Assembly: GCA_016926555.1 (NCBI GenBank)
Contig: JAFGOI010000002.1
Location: 1 to 58,268, forward strand
DNA: 58,268 nt
From: Patescibacteria group bacterium
GTDB lineage: Bacteria > Patescibacteriota > WWE3 > UBA101185 > UBA10185
Direction of reading: 5' to 3'
Made by a program: the position numbers and the translations under genes. Of the stretch, positions 8,889 to 18,380 are shown piece after piece (the stretch's first letter is position 1; each line of letters starts with the position of its first letter). The notes below the pieces were generated by a model that was not told the origin of the DNA, did no database searches, and was given only the letters and a program-made list of their open reading frames with translations.

Positions 8889-10841
8889 ATGCCCACAAAA
8901 AATAGATTCAACCCGGTTGTCATGTGCTTTATTCTGTTACTAGCAAGCGCATTTTTCTTTCTCTTACAACAAAAAACCTCCTATGCAGGTACAACACCTC
9001 CAACTACTACAGAAACCTTTGACCCTTCATCGCCTGATGGAAGAAATGGTTGGTATGTGTCACCTCTCGACATTACCCTGGAAGCTACAGACCTTGAAAG
9101 CGGGGTAAAAGAAATTAATTACAGATTAAACAGCGGTTCATGGATAAAAACAGAATTCGGGAATACACTGAACTTAGCTCCTAATCCATCTTTTGAAGTG
9201 TATGGCGTAATAGCCCCTCTCCACGTTGCTGACTGGGGTGTTGTAACACCAGGTGACCCTGCAACTTTCACTAGAACCATTACAGAATATGCGCCAGGCG
9301 CAGCAATATATTCAGTGGAAATAGGATCTACAACACCCGGATGGCATGCTATCCAACACAAAGAAGACTTTGCAGTGGTAACCCCCTTTAGCAATATGAG
9401 TGCCTCTGCTCAAATAAAAACGGTTGGTGCCAACTTAGCATACTTCAAAATGTATGCGGTTAGTCTGGATGGGTTTGGCCAACCCGTGTACACTCAGCTT
9501 TCACAAAGCACAACACTATCGGGAACAAATGACTGGACCCAAGTAGATTCTAATTTTGTTGTCAGCCTCGCCGATGCAATTGGAGTTTTCATGGAAGTTG
9601 GTCTTGACGGCGCAGGAACAATTTACGTTGATGCTATAACAATAACCGAATCATATACCACGGCTCAAGTAAACTTTGTAGTAGGGGCAGATGGATCGCA
9701 TACATTAGAATGGTACAGCGTAGACAGAATGGGCAACACTGAGTCAACTCACTCACGAAGTTTCAAAATCGATCAAACCCCACCTGGAAAGTGGTACAAT
9801 GCAGGAGCGTTCAGAGGGCTTTTTGGTACAAATTATATGCTATGGGTGTATGTAAATGTTCAAGATGATACATCAGGAATCTCTACTTTCACCGACAAGT
9901 ATCAATACCATGTAGATGCCGAACCAGGATTCGGGCGCTACGATGATATACTAGACTGCGGGTCTGACTGGGAACCTGATGGATGGGTTATCCTTATTTC
10001 ACCCCCATTTCTGCCCGGTGTAAAATCGGCTTATTTACTCACACCAAAAACTAATTTCTGTAATGATAACTGGAGAGTATGTAAAAAAGTCAAATTCCAC
10101 GCGGAGGACATGGCGGGAAACATAAACGAACAAGATTTCTGTATTAATGGACCTTGGATAAAATTTAGAGGTGAAGGAATAATAGGATCTACCGCCGGAA
10201 TTGATATGATATCAGAACCGGAAGATGATAATACAGATGGGTTAGTTGAGATCGGAAATGACACACTAGACTTTTTCAGAATGGAAAATGATTGGAATAT
10301 AAAAAACTACAACCTCGCCACTGTTTTTGACTACGACACTTTATGGGACATGACCTCATCAAAAACTGAAATTACAGACGGCAACCTCGTATCCGAAGAT
10401 GGCGTATACAATATAGATGGAAACTTCGAGATTAACAGTAGCAGCACTCCTTCCGACTACGATTCAAATACTTTTAACCAAATAGTTTTCATTAACGGCG
10501 ATTTATTAATATCCGAAGATATTATGGTAAATAACTCATCTACAGCCTTTTTCGTAGTAAGCGGTGATGTCGAAATCGCGAAAATTGTTGAAAATGTTGG
10601 CATAGCAATATTAGCAGACGAGGAGTTTAAAACAGCCTACGACATTGAGGAAGGAGATGCCACGGAAATACTAAACTTAAACGGGGTTTACGGAGCAAAC
10701 AAATTCGTATTCCAAAGAACCCTACAGGGAACAAACAACAACGATGTTCCTTCCGAAAACTTTGTCTACGAACCAAAATACTTGATAGGACTAAAAGACT
10801 TCTTTGAGGGTGGCTCCATAAAGTGGCTTGATTCTAATTAA
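8889..10841 (+). CDS. Secreted/surface protein with Ig-like and carbohydrate-binding-like domains
   Basis: Signal peptide. Ig-like PPTT..GWY..L.ATD..SGV and HTLEWYSVDRMGNTE..FKIDQTPP halves flank a CBM-like NLAPNPSFE...GTIYVDAITI segment. Confidence 0.65.
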   Translation: MPTKNRFNPVVMCFILLLASAFFFLLQQKTSYAGTTPPTTTETFDPSSPDGRNGWYVSPLDITLEATDLESGVKEINYRLNSGSWIKTEFGNTLNLAPNPSFEVYGVIAPLHVADWGVVTPGDPATFTRTITEYAPGAAIYSVEIGSTTPGWHAIQHKEDFAVVTPFSNMSASAQIKTVGANLAYFKMYAVSLDGFGQPVYTQLSQSTTLSGTNDWTQVDSNFVVSLADAIGVFMEVGLDGAGTIYVDAITITESYTTAQVNFVVGADGSHTLEWYSVDRMGNTESTHSRSFKIDQTPPGKWYNAGAFRGLFGTNYMLWVYVNVQDDTSGISTFTDKYQYHVDAEPGFGRYDDILDCGSDWEPDGWVILISPPFLPGVKSAYLLTPKTNFCNDNWRVCKKVKFHAEDMAGNINEQDFCINGPWIKFRGEGIIGSTAGIDMISEPEDDNTDGLVEIGNDTLDFFRMENDWNIKNYNLATVFDYDTLWDMTSSKTEITDGNLVSEDGVYNIDGNFEINSSSTPSDYDSNTFNQIVFINGDLLISEDIMVNNSSTAFFVVSGDVEIAKIVENVGIAILADEEFKTAYDIEEGDATEILNLNGVYGANKFVFQRTLQGTNNNDVPSENFVYEPKYLIGLKDFFEGGSIKWLDSN

Positions 10842-12226
10842 AGCTTCCTCTTCACTCTATACATTCCCGAAGAGTGATCCTCCACAACGTAACCTTTTTC
10901 TTCGATTTTCCTTCTCAGCATATCCGCTTTATCCCAAATACCCGCTTTCCTATACTCTTCACGTGTGGCAGCCATATTTTGAATGTCCTTCGGTATCTCA
11001 AATCCTATATGCTCACTCATCCTTAAACCAAGCACCTTGTCCATTTCTACAACAGTGGCTACTTTTGACTCTTCCGATACATCACTTTTGAACAGATCCC
11101 AAAGAACCGCTAATGCTTCAGGCATATTTACATCAGAGTTTAAAGCTGCGTCAAACCTGCTCATATAATCCACGGACACTTTAGCCCCAGGATCTTCCGC
11201 ATATCCTGACACCAAAGTATAAATTTTTTTAAGGGAGTTCTGGGCACTTTCTAAAGCTGTCCAAGTAAAGTTTAAAGAACTTCGATAATGCGCAGTGAGG
11301 TAAAAATATCTCATTGATAATGGTATAAAACCCTTCTCGACAACATCCTCCATAGTATATGCGTTCCCAAGGCTTTTCCCCATTCTGCCCCCATCTACCT
11401 GTAAAAAGGCGCCATGCACCCAGTAATTTACGAATTTCTTTCCCGTGGCTGACTCACTCTGAGCAATTTCATTCTGATGATGGATCATTTTAAGATCCTC
11501 CCCACCCACGTGTATATCAACAGTCTCTCCTAATTCTTCCAGACACATGGCTGAGCACTCTATATGCCAACCTGGAAATCCAACTCCCCACGGTGAATTC
11601 CATTCCTGTGCCCTTTGTTCCTTCCCACGAGATAGCTTCCACAAAGCGAAATCTGTTGGATTTTTCTTCCGCACAGTCGATTCAACCCTAGCACCTTCCA
11701 TTACACTGTCAGATGTTAACCCGGATAATTGTCCATATCTTTCATATTTAGACGAATCGAAGTAGATTCCATCCTCAGTTTGATAAGTGCACCCTTTGTC
11801 TTCAAGGTCAACTATCAATTCTATCATTTGATCTATGTAACTGGTAGCTCTAGTAAACTTGCTTGGTTCCTTCATGTTTAAGACCTTAAAATACTTCATG
11901 AAGTCTTTTGTATAAAAGTCAGCAATTTCCTGGGCTGTTTTTCCCTCTTTTTTCACTGATGTTTCCATCCTGTCATCACCTATATCGGCATCTCCTTCAT
12001 TATCTCCAGTGAGATGTCCCACATCCGTAATATTCATAATGTACTTGACCGGATAATCGAAATACTTGAGCGTTCTATACAAAATATCACCTAACATATA
12101 AGTCCTATAATTTCCTATTGTTACATAATCATAAACAGTAGGTCCACATGTGTACATTGTTACCTCACCTGGATTCATCGGACTGAAATTTTCAACTTGT
12201 TTTGTTAGGGAATTGTATAATTTCAT
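10838..12226 (-). CDS. cysS: Cysteine--tRNA ligase
   Basis: MYTCGPTVYD, TIGN (HIGH-like), PGWHIECSAM, RMGKSLGN (KMSKS-like). Confidence 0.97.
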   Translation of the reverse strand: MKLYNSLTKQVENFSPMNPGEVTMYTCGPTVYDYVTIGNYRTYMLGDILYRTLKYFDYPVKYIMNITDVGHLTGDNEGDADIGDDRMETSVKKEGKTAQEIADFYTKDFMKYFKVLNMKEPSKFTRATSYIDQMIELIVDLEDKGCTYQTEDGIYFDSSKYERYGQLSGLTSDSVMEGARVESTVRKKNPTDFALWKLSRGKEQRAQEWNSPWGVGFPGWHIECSAMCLEELGETVDIHVGGEDLKMIHHQNEIAQSESATGKKFVNYWVHGAFLQVDGGRMGKSLGNAYTMEDVVEKGFIPLSMRYFYLTAHYRSSLNFTWTALESAQNSLKKIYTLVSGYAEDPGAKVSVDYMSRFDAALNSDVNMPEALAVLWDLFKSDVSEESKVATVVEMDKVLGLRMSEHIGFEIPKDIQNMAATREEYRKAGIWDKADMLRRKIEEKGYVVEDHSSGMYRVKRKL

Positions 12227-12264
12227 ACCGACTAAGATTTTACCATATAAATTTCTAATATGAT

Positions 12265-12888
12265 CTAATAATTTGCTCTCCCCTCCAATGCGCGTTTCAA
12301 CGTAATGTCATCCGCGTACTCAATATCTCCACCAACAGGGAGACCTCTCGCAATTCTTGTAATAACAACCTTATCCTCGTTATATCCTAGATCTCTAAGT
12401 AGTCTGGAAATATACATAGCAGTCGATTCACCTTCTAAACTTGTATTTGTCCCTAATATTATTTCGACGGGTTTAGATGATTGAGTAAACAAATCTTCCA
12501 ATCTTTGTTTTAACTCTTTTATAAACAATTCCTCGGGTCCAACGTGATTAAGCGGATCAATGGTACCATGTAACACGTGATACACACCTGAAAAATTTGT
12601 CTTTTCTATGGCAAATACATCTAAGGGATTCGAAACTACAATAATCTGCCTTTCGTCTCTTTTACTATCACTACATACAGAACATATATCAGTTTCGGAC
12701 ACATTCTTACATATACTACATAGCTTCGTACCTGTTTTTAGACCCACAAGTGAGTCGGCAAAACGCTGTAAATCTTCTTGGGGAAAATGCAGAAGATGGA
12801 ACGTGAGTCTCTGCGCAGTTTTTGGCCCAATTCCGGGCAAACGCTCAAATGACTCTATCAGTCTAAGTATCGGTTTTGGAACTTTCAC
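12265..12888 (-). CDS. recR: Recombination protein RecR
   Basis: LPGIGPKTAQRL HhH, C4 zinc finger, EGESTA, GLPVGGDIEYAD. Confidence 0.97.
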   Translation of the reverse strand: MKVPKPILRLIESFERLPGIGPKTAQRLTFHLLHFPQEDLQRFADSLVGLKTGTKLCSICKNVSETDICSVCSDSKRDERQIIVVSNPLDVFAIEKTNFSGVYHVLHGTIDPLNHVGPEELFIKELKQRLEDLFTQSSKPVEIILGTNTSLEGESTAMYISRLLRDLGYNEDKVVITRIARGLPVGGDIEYADDITLKRALEGRANY

Positions 12889-12929
12889 TTCAATATTCTA
12901 CCAAAATAAAAAAGCGCCTTGTATTACAC

Positions 12930-14573
12930 TTACATCAAAGGCAGTTCTCCATCAAAAGAATTCATCAGTACATCCTTATCAATCTGTATATCTTCATCAT
13001 TTGGCACTACAACATTACGATCTGTAAGTATATGAACTTCTCCAGTTTGTATCTTTCGTGCTCTTTCCTTATTTACTTCACACTCCATTTTTAGCTTCAA
13101 CGAATAAGCATTTTCGAACGCTTCATTAATCAACCTTCTGCTCTTTGGCATATCTAATCTTTCCTTATGAAAGGCATAACATACTTCAATTACTACTGTA
13201 GCCCCCTCAACCCTTATAGGCTTGCTATGTTTCATTATAGCTATTAAAGAATGATTTAATATTTTTACTTCATCTAAAAACACTCGCCAGCCCTTCTTTA
13301 CTTCCTCAAGTGTTATTGCCAGTTTATCTTCTTCTTGGTCTATTAGAAATTCATCCTGCACATCCTCGGCGGGGTTTTTCTTACTATCACTATCTTCCCT
13401 TTTGTCTAACTTACGGTCGCCATCTTTTTTCTCGCTCACGTTCTTCCTATCAGAAGAACCCCTATCCGAATCATGTGATACCGGTTTATTGCCAAGTTCC
13501 CCAACTCCCGGACTATCAGTAAAATGGCACGCCTTAACAATGGCCAGTTCTATTGGAAGCTGTGATATAAATGCATCCTTAATCTGCGGCTGAATACTTA
13601 TGAACTCATCAATTACCTTCACTATCCAAGTCTCTTCAATGTTTCTTGATTGTTCCACGATTTTTTCCGATAAATCTTTAGGAACTATGGACAAAACCTC
13701 ATTAACACCTGAATTAACAAAAAGAAGATCCCGCAAATATCTCAATAGCTCCCCCACCCAAACATATAGATCCAAACCTTCTTCATACGCTTCGTCCACC
13801 ATATTGAGAGCACCCTTTATATCTCGCGTCCCTAAGAAATCTACAAATCTTAAATATCCTTCGTAAGTTTCTAAGTCCGAAAACGAATCTATACTTAACT
13901 CCCCTTCCAAAATCTGCTGAAGAAGCGTCTCTGCATCTCTAAAACCCCCTAAAGAAGCCTGGGCAACTTTTTCCAAATCTTTCTTTGAAATGTTGGCGTG
14001 CTCCATTTCGGCTATGTAACTTAACTTCTCAACTATCTGTTTTATACTGGCCCTCTTAAAGTGGAATATCTGGCAACGAGATTTGATTGTATCTGGAACC
14101 TTATTGGATTCAGTTGTACATAATATAAAAGTAACCCCTCTGGGGGGTTCTTCTAGAGTCTTTAAGAGTGCATTGAAGGCTTCCTTCGTAAGCATATGCA
14201 CTTCATCAATAATGTATACCTTATGTTTACCATAAGAAGGCGCTAGATTTATTTTGCTCTTCAGCTCCCGTATATCATCGATTCCCCGATTACTAGCGGC
14301 ATCAATCTCTATAAGATCTAAAAATGTCCCATCCTTAACCGCATTACATATATCACATGACGTACAAGGATCCCCATTATCATCTATGTTCAAGCAATTC
14401 AAAGCCTTCGCGAGTATTCTTGCTGTAGTAGTTTTTCCTGTTCCCCGGGGTCCAATAAAAAGATACGCATGTACTGTTTTGTTCGCACTCACCTGCTTGG
14501 ACAAGGCATCCGCTGCATCATTGGGGCGTAATATTTCACTAAATTTCTGCGGACGGTACTTGGTATAGAACAT
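12930..14573 (-). CDS. dnaX: DNA polymerase III subunit gamma/tau
   Basis: YTKYRPQKF, GPRGTGKTT, EIDAASNRG, IIDEVHML, TIKSRCQ. Confidence 0.97.
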   Translation of the reverse strand: MFYTKYRPQKFSEILRPNDAADALSKQVSANKTVHAYLFIGPRGTGKTTTARILAKALNCLNIDDNGDPCTSCDICNAVKDGTFLDLIEIDAASNRGIDDIRELKSKINLAPSYGKHKVYIIDEVHMLTKEAFNALLKTLEEPPRGVTFILCTTESNKVPDTIKSRCQIFHFKRASIKQIVEKLSYIAEMEHANISKKDLEKVAQASLGGFRDAETLLQQILEGELSIDSFSDLETYEGYLRFVDFLGTRDIKGALNMVDEAYEEGLDLYVWVGELLRYLRDLLFVNSGVNEVLSIVPKDLSEKIVEQSRNIEETWIVKVIDEFISIQPQIKDAFISQLPIELAIVKACHFTDSPGVGELGNKPVSHDSDRGSSDRKNVSEKKDGDRKLDKREDSDSKKNPAEDVQDEFLIDQEEDKLAITLEEVKKGWRVFLDEVKILNHSLIAIMKHSKPIRVEGATVVIEVCYAFHKERLDMPKSRRLINEAFENAYSLKLKMECEVNKERARKIQTGEVHILTDRNVVVPNDEDIQIDKDVLMNSFDGELPLM

Positions 14574-14640
14574 ATGGAATTAGTATATAATCTCGCGAGT
14601 CATATTTAAATATGACAATGGGTGATATCAGATTTTCAGG

Positions 14641-15180
14641 TTATAAATTCTTATTATTTTCTATACTCTTTTCCAACACAGCTTTCAGATAACCTCCAAT
14701 ATCAAGCTCTGATATTTGTTTAAGTTCATCTTCCGTAAACTTCTGCAGAACCCAGTCTTCCGTAGATAACTGCGGATTCTGAGATCTGCCCACACCTACC
14801 CTTATTCTCCAAAAATCCTGTGACCCCAACATATTAATAATATCCTCAACACCCTTATGCCCTGCAGATCCTGACCCAAACTGGACTCTAACTTCGGAAA
14901 AATCTAAGTCAACATCGTCATGCACCACCCCCAAATTTCTCTTTTCAACCTTATAGAATCCTAAAATCTTACTCACACTCGACCCGGAATTATTCATATA
15001 TGTGGTAGGTTTTATAAACACAAAATCGTCTGAAACACTAATATCCGCGTTAAACTTTCTCTCACTCTGCCAGCTTGAACCTTTCGCATTTACCAGTTTA
15101 TCCAGCAATATAAAACCAGTATTATGCCTTGTTAGCTTATATTTTTCTCCCGGGTTACCCAAACCTGCTATTAAAAACAT
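14641..15180 (-). CDS. pth: Peptidyl-tRNA hydrolase
   Basis: GLGNPG..Y..TRHNTG, KPTTYMNNSG, VHDDVD, GHKG. Confidence 0.96.
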   Translation of the reverse strand: MFLIAGLGNPGEKYKLTRHNTGFILLDKLVNAKGSSWQSERKFNADISVSDDFVFIKPTTYMNNSGSSVSKILGFYKVEKRNLGVVHDDVDLDFSEVRVQFGSGSAGHKGVEDIINMLGSQDFWRIRVGVGRSQNPQLSTEDWVLQKFTEDELKQISELDIGGYLKAVLEKSIENNKNL

Positions 15181-15201
15181 TTCAATACTCCTTATCTTCT
15201 C

Positions 15202-15501
15202 TCAATGGTCATCACCATCATGATGAATCCCCAATAAATGCAGAACACCATGTTTCACTAAATCGGATATCTCTTCTTCAACTGAGCACCCTCTATCTTT
15301 AGCCTGCTTCTCAGCCTGCTTCAGATTTACAACAACATCACCCACATATATCTCATTATCACCTAAATCTTTGTTAATACTAAACGATAATACATCGGTA
15401 GAGGAATCTTTATTCCTATACTTTTTATTCATTTTAGAAACTTCATTATCATCAGTTAAGGATATGGAGATTTGATAACGGAATCTATCATCAAAATTCA
15501 T
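15202..15501 (-). CDS. ybeY: rRNA maturation RNase YbeY (N-terminally short)
   Basis: TDVLSF and HGVLHLLGIHH metal motif. Start placed at ATG 15501, which overlaps the 3' end of the upstream gene. Confidence 0.88.
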   Translation of the reverse strand: MNFDDRFRYQISISLTDDNEVSKMNKKYRNKDSSTDVLSFSINKDLGDNEIYVGDVVVNLKQAEKQAKDRGCSVEEEISDLVKHGVLHLLGIHHDGDDH

Positions 15502-15793
15502 AATCAGGTAGTAACTCACAAAATTCTTTTAATACATTAAGTTCCGAAGTTTCTCTTTCTACAACATCTTCCCGTCTAGCTTTTTCCGCCAACTCGATGA
15601 CCTCTCTTCTCTTCTTGAGTTCCTTTTTAAGTATTTTTGCTACATGCGCATCCCCTAATTCTTCTTTCGATGTCCTTAAATCAATTTCCTTGTTTTTTAT
15701 TTGCGCCAATAAATACCTCAACACACTCAGTCTCAGAGTGTCATTACTTTTCATATACTGGGGTAATTTTGATTTTAACTCATCTGTAATCAT
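15491..15793 (-). CDS. GatB/YqeY domain protein (short)
   Basis: MKSND..RLSVLR.L...IKNKEID...KKELKKRRE....E.A.REDV...E..EL.VL, located downstream of rpsU. Confidence 0.85.
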   Translation of the reverse strand: MITDELKSKLPQYMKSNDTLRLSVLRYLLAQIKNKEIDLRTSKEELGDAHVAKILKKELKKRREVIELAEKARREDVVERETSELNVLKEFCELLPDYEF

Positions 15794-15987
15794 TAATAAT
15801 TTCCCTTTTTTCTCTCCCAGTAGATTTTTCTCGCTAATTCTTTCTTCTTTAATCGTTTCAATTCACTAGGTTTTTTGAAGAACATCCTATCTTTATACTC
15901 ATCTAATGTGTCTTGAACCTGCTTGTTAAATCTTCGTAAAGCCTGCTCCAAGCTTTCGCCATGTCTTACCTTTACTTTTGTCATCAC
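15793..15987 (-). CDS. rpsU: 30S ribosomal protein S21
   Basis: VKVRHGESLEQALRRFNKQV...FFKKPSELKR. Confidence 0.92.
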   Translation of the reverse strand: MMTKVKVRHGESLEQALRRFNKQVQDTLDEYKDRMFFKKPSELKRLKKKELARKIYWERKKGNY

Positions 15988-16199
15988 TTGCTAGGTTAAT
16001 CTGCCATCACACAAGCGACCAACCTGATAATACACCTCCAAACATACTCAATTTTAAATATACACTCAGTTCTATACCGAGATAATTATATAACTATATA
16101 CTAAATTGATCAAAAATATTACTACATAACTATTTGCTTTTAGTAAAGGAAAATACTATATCACACTCTTTTATTACCACAAGAGGAAATAGTCTAAAT

Positions 16200-17333
16200 C
16201 TATCTAAAAATGTCCTTAAGTGTCACTAAAAACAAAAGCCCTAGTAAAAACGCCATTCCATATCTGTGAAGTGTTGTTTCCAGCTTGGGATTTATTCTCT
16301 TCCCTCTAATAGCTTCTATCAATACAAATAATACTCTGCCACCGTCTAGAGCGGGAAGAGGGAGTATATTTACTATTGCCAAACTCATAGACATCAAACC
16401 AACAAAGTCCAGCAAACTAAGAAACGCTTCGCGAGTATCTAATTGCAGTATACCTCCTACAAGCTGATATATCCCTACAGGACCGGCTATTGAGCTAGAA
16501 ACGGGTTCCAAATCTTTACTTTCAAACGAAAACGAAATCACCTTTCCAATAGCCTTGATAGAATAGGAAGTTGTGTTATACAAATGAAGGAACCCAGCAA
16601 AGATCCGTTCATATGGTTTGGTATATTCAACAAATATAAACTCCCCTAAATATACACCCAAAATCTCCTCCCCCATATCATTAGTAGTGGGCTGCAAAAT
16701 AACCGTGCGAATCTTGCTTTCATCTCTTTTTGTCATATCTCGCAGCGTCACATTAACTGTAGTTCCTAATTTACCTTTTAATATATCCTTTACACCCTCC
16801 ACTGTAGAGACTTCAGCTCCATCTATTGATATAACGGCCTCCCCATATTTTATCCCTGCTTGGGCAGCCGGAGAATCTTCTCGGATACCTGTAACTACGG
16901 TACCAATACTCCTTGTCTCACCAAATGCGAATTTATAGTCAAAAAACAATGGAAACTCAAAAGACTTAAAGCCATTAGCGAACAGAAAGATATAAAAAAC
17001 AACCACGGCAAGTACCAAGTTCATTCCCACACCTGCAACTAAAACAGCCGCCCTCTGTAATGGTTTCTTTGAAATAAAGCTTTTGGGATCGACTAGATAT
17101 CTTTCTTCGTCCTCATCAACTTCCTCACCCGTTAATTTCACAAAACCGCCGAATGGCAGTAAGTTTAGCGAGTACAGAGTCTCACCTATCTTTTTCCCAT
17201 ACACCATGGGAGGAAGACCTAAACCAAACTCTTCCACACGAATACCGTTTTTCTTAGCGACAAAATAATGCCCTAGTTCGTGAACCAACACCATTACTGA
17301 CAATGTCATCAAGAAAATAAGTAAAGTCATCAT
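16200..17333 (-). CDS. rseP: RIP metalloprotease RseP (M50, PDZ)
   Basis: HELGH, PDZ segment DSPAAQAGIKYGE, NILPLPALDGG. SD AGGAGG upstream. Confidence 0.92.
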   Translation of the reverse strand: MMTLLIFLMTLSVMVLVHELGHYFVAKKNGIRVEEFGLGLPPMVYGKKIGETLYSLNLLPFGGFVKLTGEEVDEDEERYLVDPKSFISKKPLQRAAVLVAGVGMNLVLAVVVFYIFLFANGFKSFEFPLFFDYKFAFGETRSIGTVVTGIREDSPAAQAGIKYGEAVISIDGAEVSTVEGVKDILKGKLGTTVNVTLRDMTKRDESKIRTVILQPTTNDMGEEILGVYLGEFIFVEYTKPYERIFAGFLHLYNTTSYSIKAIGKVISFSFESKDLEPVSSSIAGPVGIYQLVGGILQLDTREAFLSLLDFVGLMSMSLAIVNILPLPALDGGRVLFVLIEAIRGKRINPKLETTLHRYGMAFLLGLLFLVTLKDIFR

Positions 17334-17368
17334 TTAATTACCTCCTGAAATATACTAATATAACTAGC

Positions 17369-17917
17369 CTAAATAGACAAAATTTCTTCCTTCTTCGAAG
17401 AACCTATATCCTCAACTTTATCTATATAGTCTCTTACAGTTTCCTCCACCTCTTCACGAAAATAGAATCTATCATCCTCACTTATACTTTTGTCATTAAA
17501 ATCCTTATCAATCTCTTTCATGGTTTCCTGTCTTATGTTTCTAAGGGCAATTTTGCATTCCTCAACCTTAATTGATACTTGCTTTGCAAACTCTTTTCTT
17601 CTTTCTTCTGTTAAAGCCGGTATCTGAATCCTTATTTTGTCTGTATCTTCAATTGGATTTAAACTTAGTTCACTCTCTCTAATCGCCTTCACAACAGCTT
17701 TAAGTAAACTTTTATCCCATAGAACAATAACTAGATTTTGGGCATCCTGCATAGTGATTGACGCCACCTCCTTTATTGTCATAGGAGTCTCGTATGCCAC
17801 TACAGAAATATCATTAATTAATGCGGGACTTGCTCTTCCTGTACTGATATGACTTAGTTCAGTTTTTAGAAATTCAAGAGATTTATCTAATTTCGTTTTT
17901 AGTTCGTGACTGTTCAT
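17369..17917 (-). CDS. frr: Ribosome recycling factor
   Basis: STGRASPAL, IPALTEERRKE, RNIRQ. Confidence 0.96.
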   Translation of the reverse strand: MNSHELKTKLDKSLEFLKTELSHISTGRASPALINDISVVAYETPMTIKEVASITMQDAQNLVIVLWDKSLLKAVVKAIRESELSLNPIEDTDKIRIQIPALTEERRKEFAKQVSIKVEECKIALRNIRQETMKEIDKDFNDKSISEDDRFYFREEVEETVRDYIDKVEDIGSSKKEEILSI

Positions 17918-17921
17918 AAGT

Positions 17922-18380
17922 TTAGTTTAACACACTAAACTTAACGAAATCTTTAATTTCTATCTTCTCCCCCACCTTTGCTATAGTTTCATTAATAAGG
18001 TCTTGTACGTTTTTACTGCTATCTCGAATATAATCGTCCTTTAATAAATCGTCCACAGACTCATAATCATCTGTACACACCTGCATGGCAATTTCATCTG
18101 CCAATTTCTTGAAATCATCTGTTTTCGCGACAAAATCTGTTTCACACGCGACAACTACCAAACTACCTATCCTCCCTCCGGAATGGATATACGAAACAAC
18201 AATCCCATCTTTAGTTTCTCTATCAGCCTTCTTAGCCGCTTTATCACCAACTTTTTCCATTAGTATCTGCCTTGCCCTTTTGTAATCACCATTAGTTTCT
18301 TCTAGAGTTTTCTTAACTTCCAACACCCCAGCACCAGTTTCTTCCCTTAATTTCTTAATATTCTTTACATCTAATTTCAT
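17922..18380 (-). CDS. tsf: Elongation factor Ts (short form)
   Basis: IKKLREETGAG, ACETDFVAK, KVGEKIEI. Confidence 0.94.
   Translation of the reverse strand: MKLDVKNIKKLREETGAGVLEVKKTLEETNGDYKRARQILMEKVGDKAAKKADRETKDGIVVSYIHSGGRIGSLVVVACETDFVAKTDDFKKLADEIAMQVCTDDYESVDDLLKDDYIRDSSKNVQDLINETIAKVGEKIEIKDFVKFSVLN

Noticed and set aside
15990-16040. GGAGG about 45 nt upstream of rpsU, bridged by a hairpin (AGGTTGGTC/GATTAACCT)
   Set aside because: Even with the hairpin removed, SD-to-start spacing is about 14 nt or more. Too weak to call without homologues.
17922-18380. Short EF-Ts and no pyrH between tsf and frr as signs of decay
   Set aside because: Short EF-Ts forms are known, the motifs are intact and the genes are tightly coupled. 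This is ordinary genome reduction.
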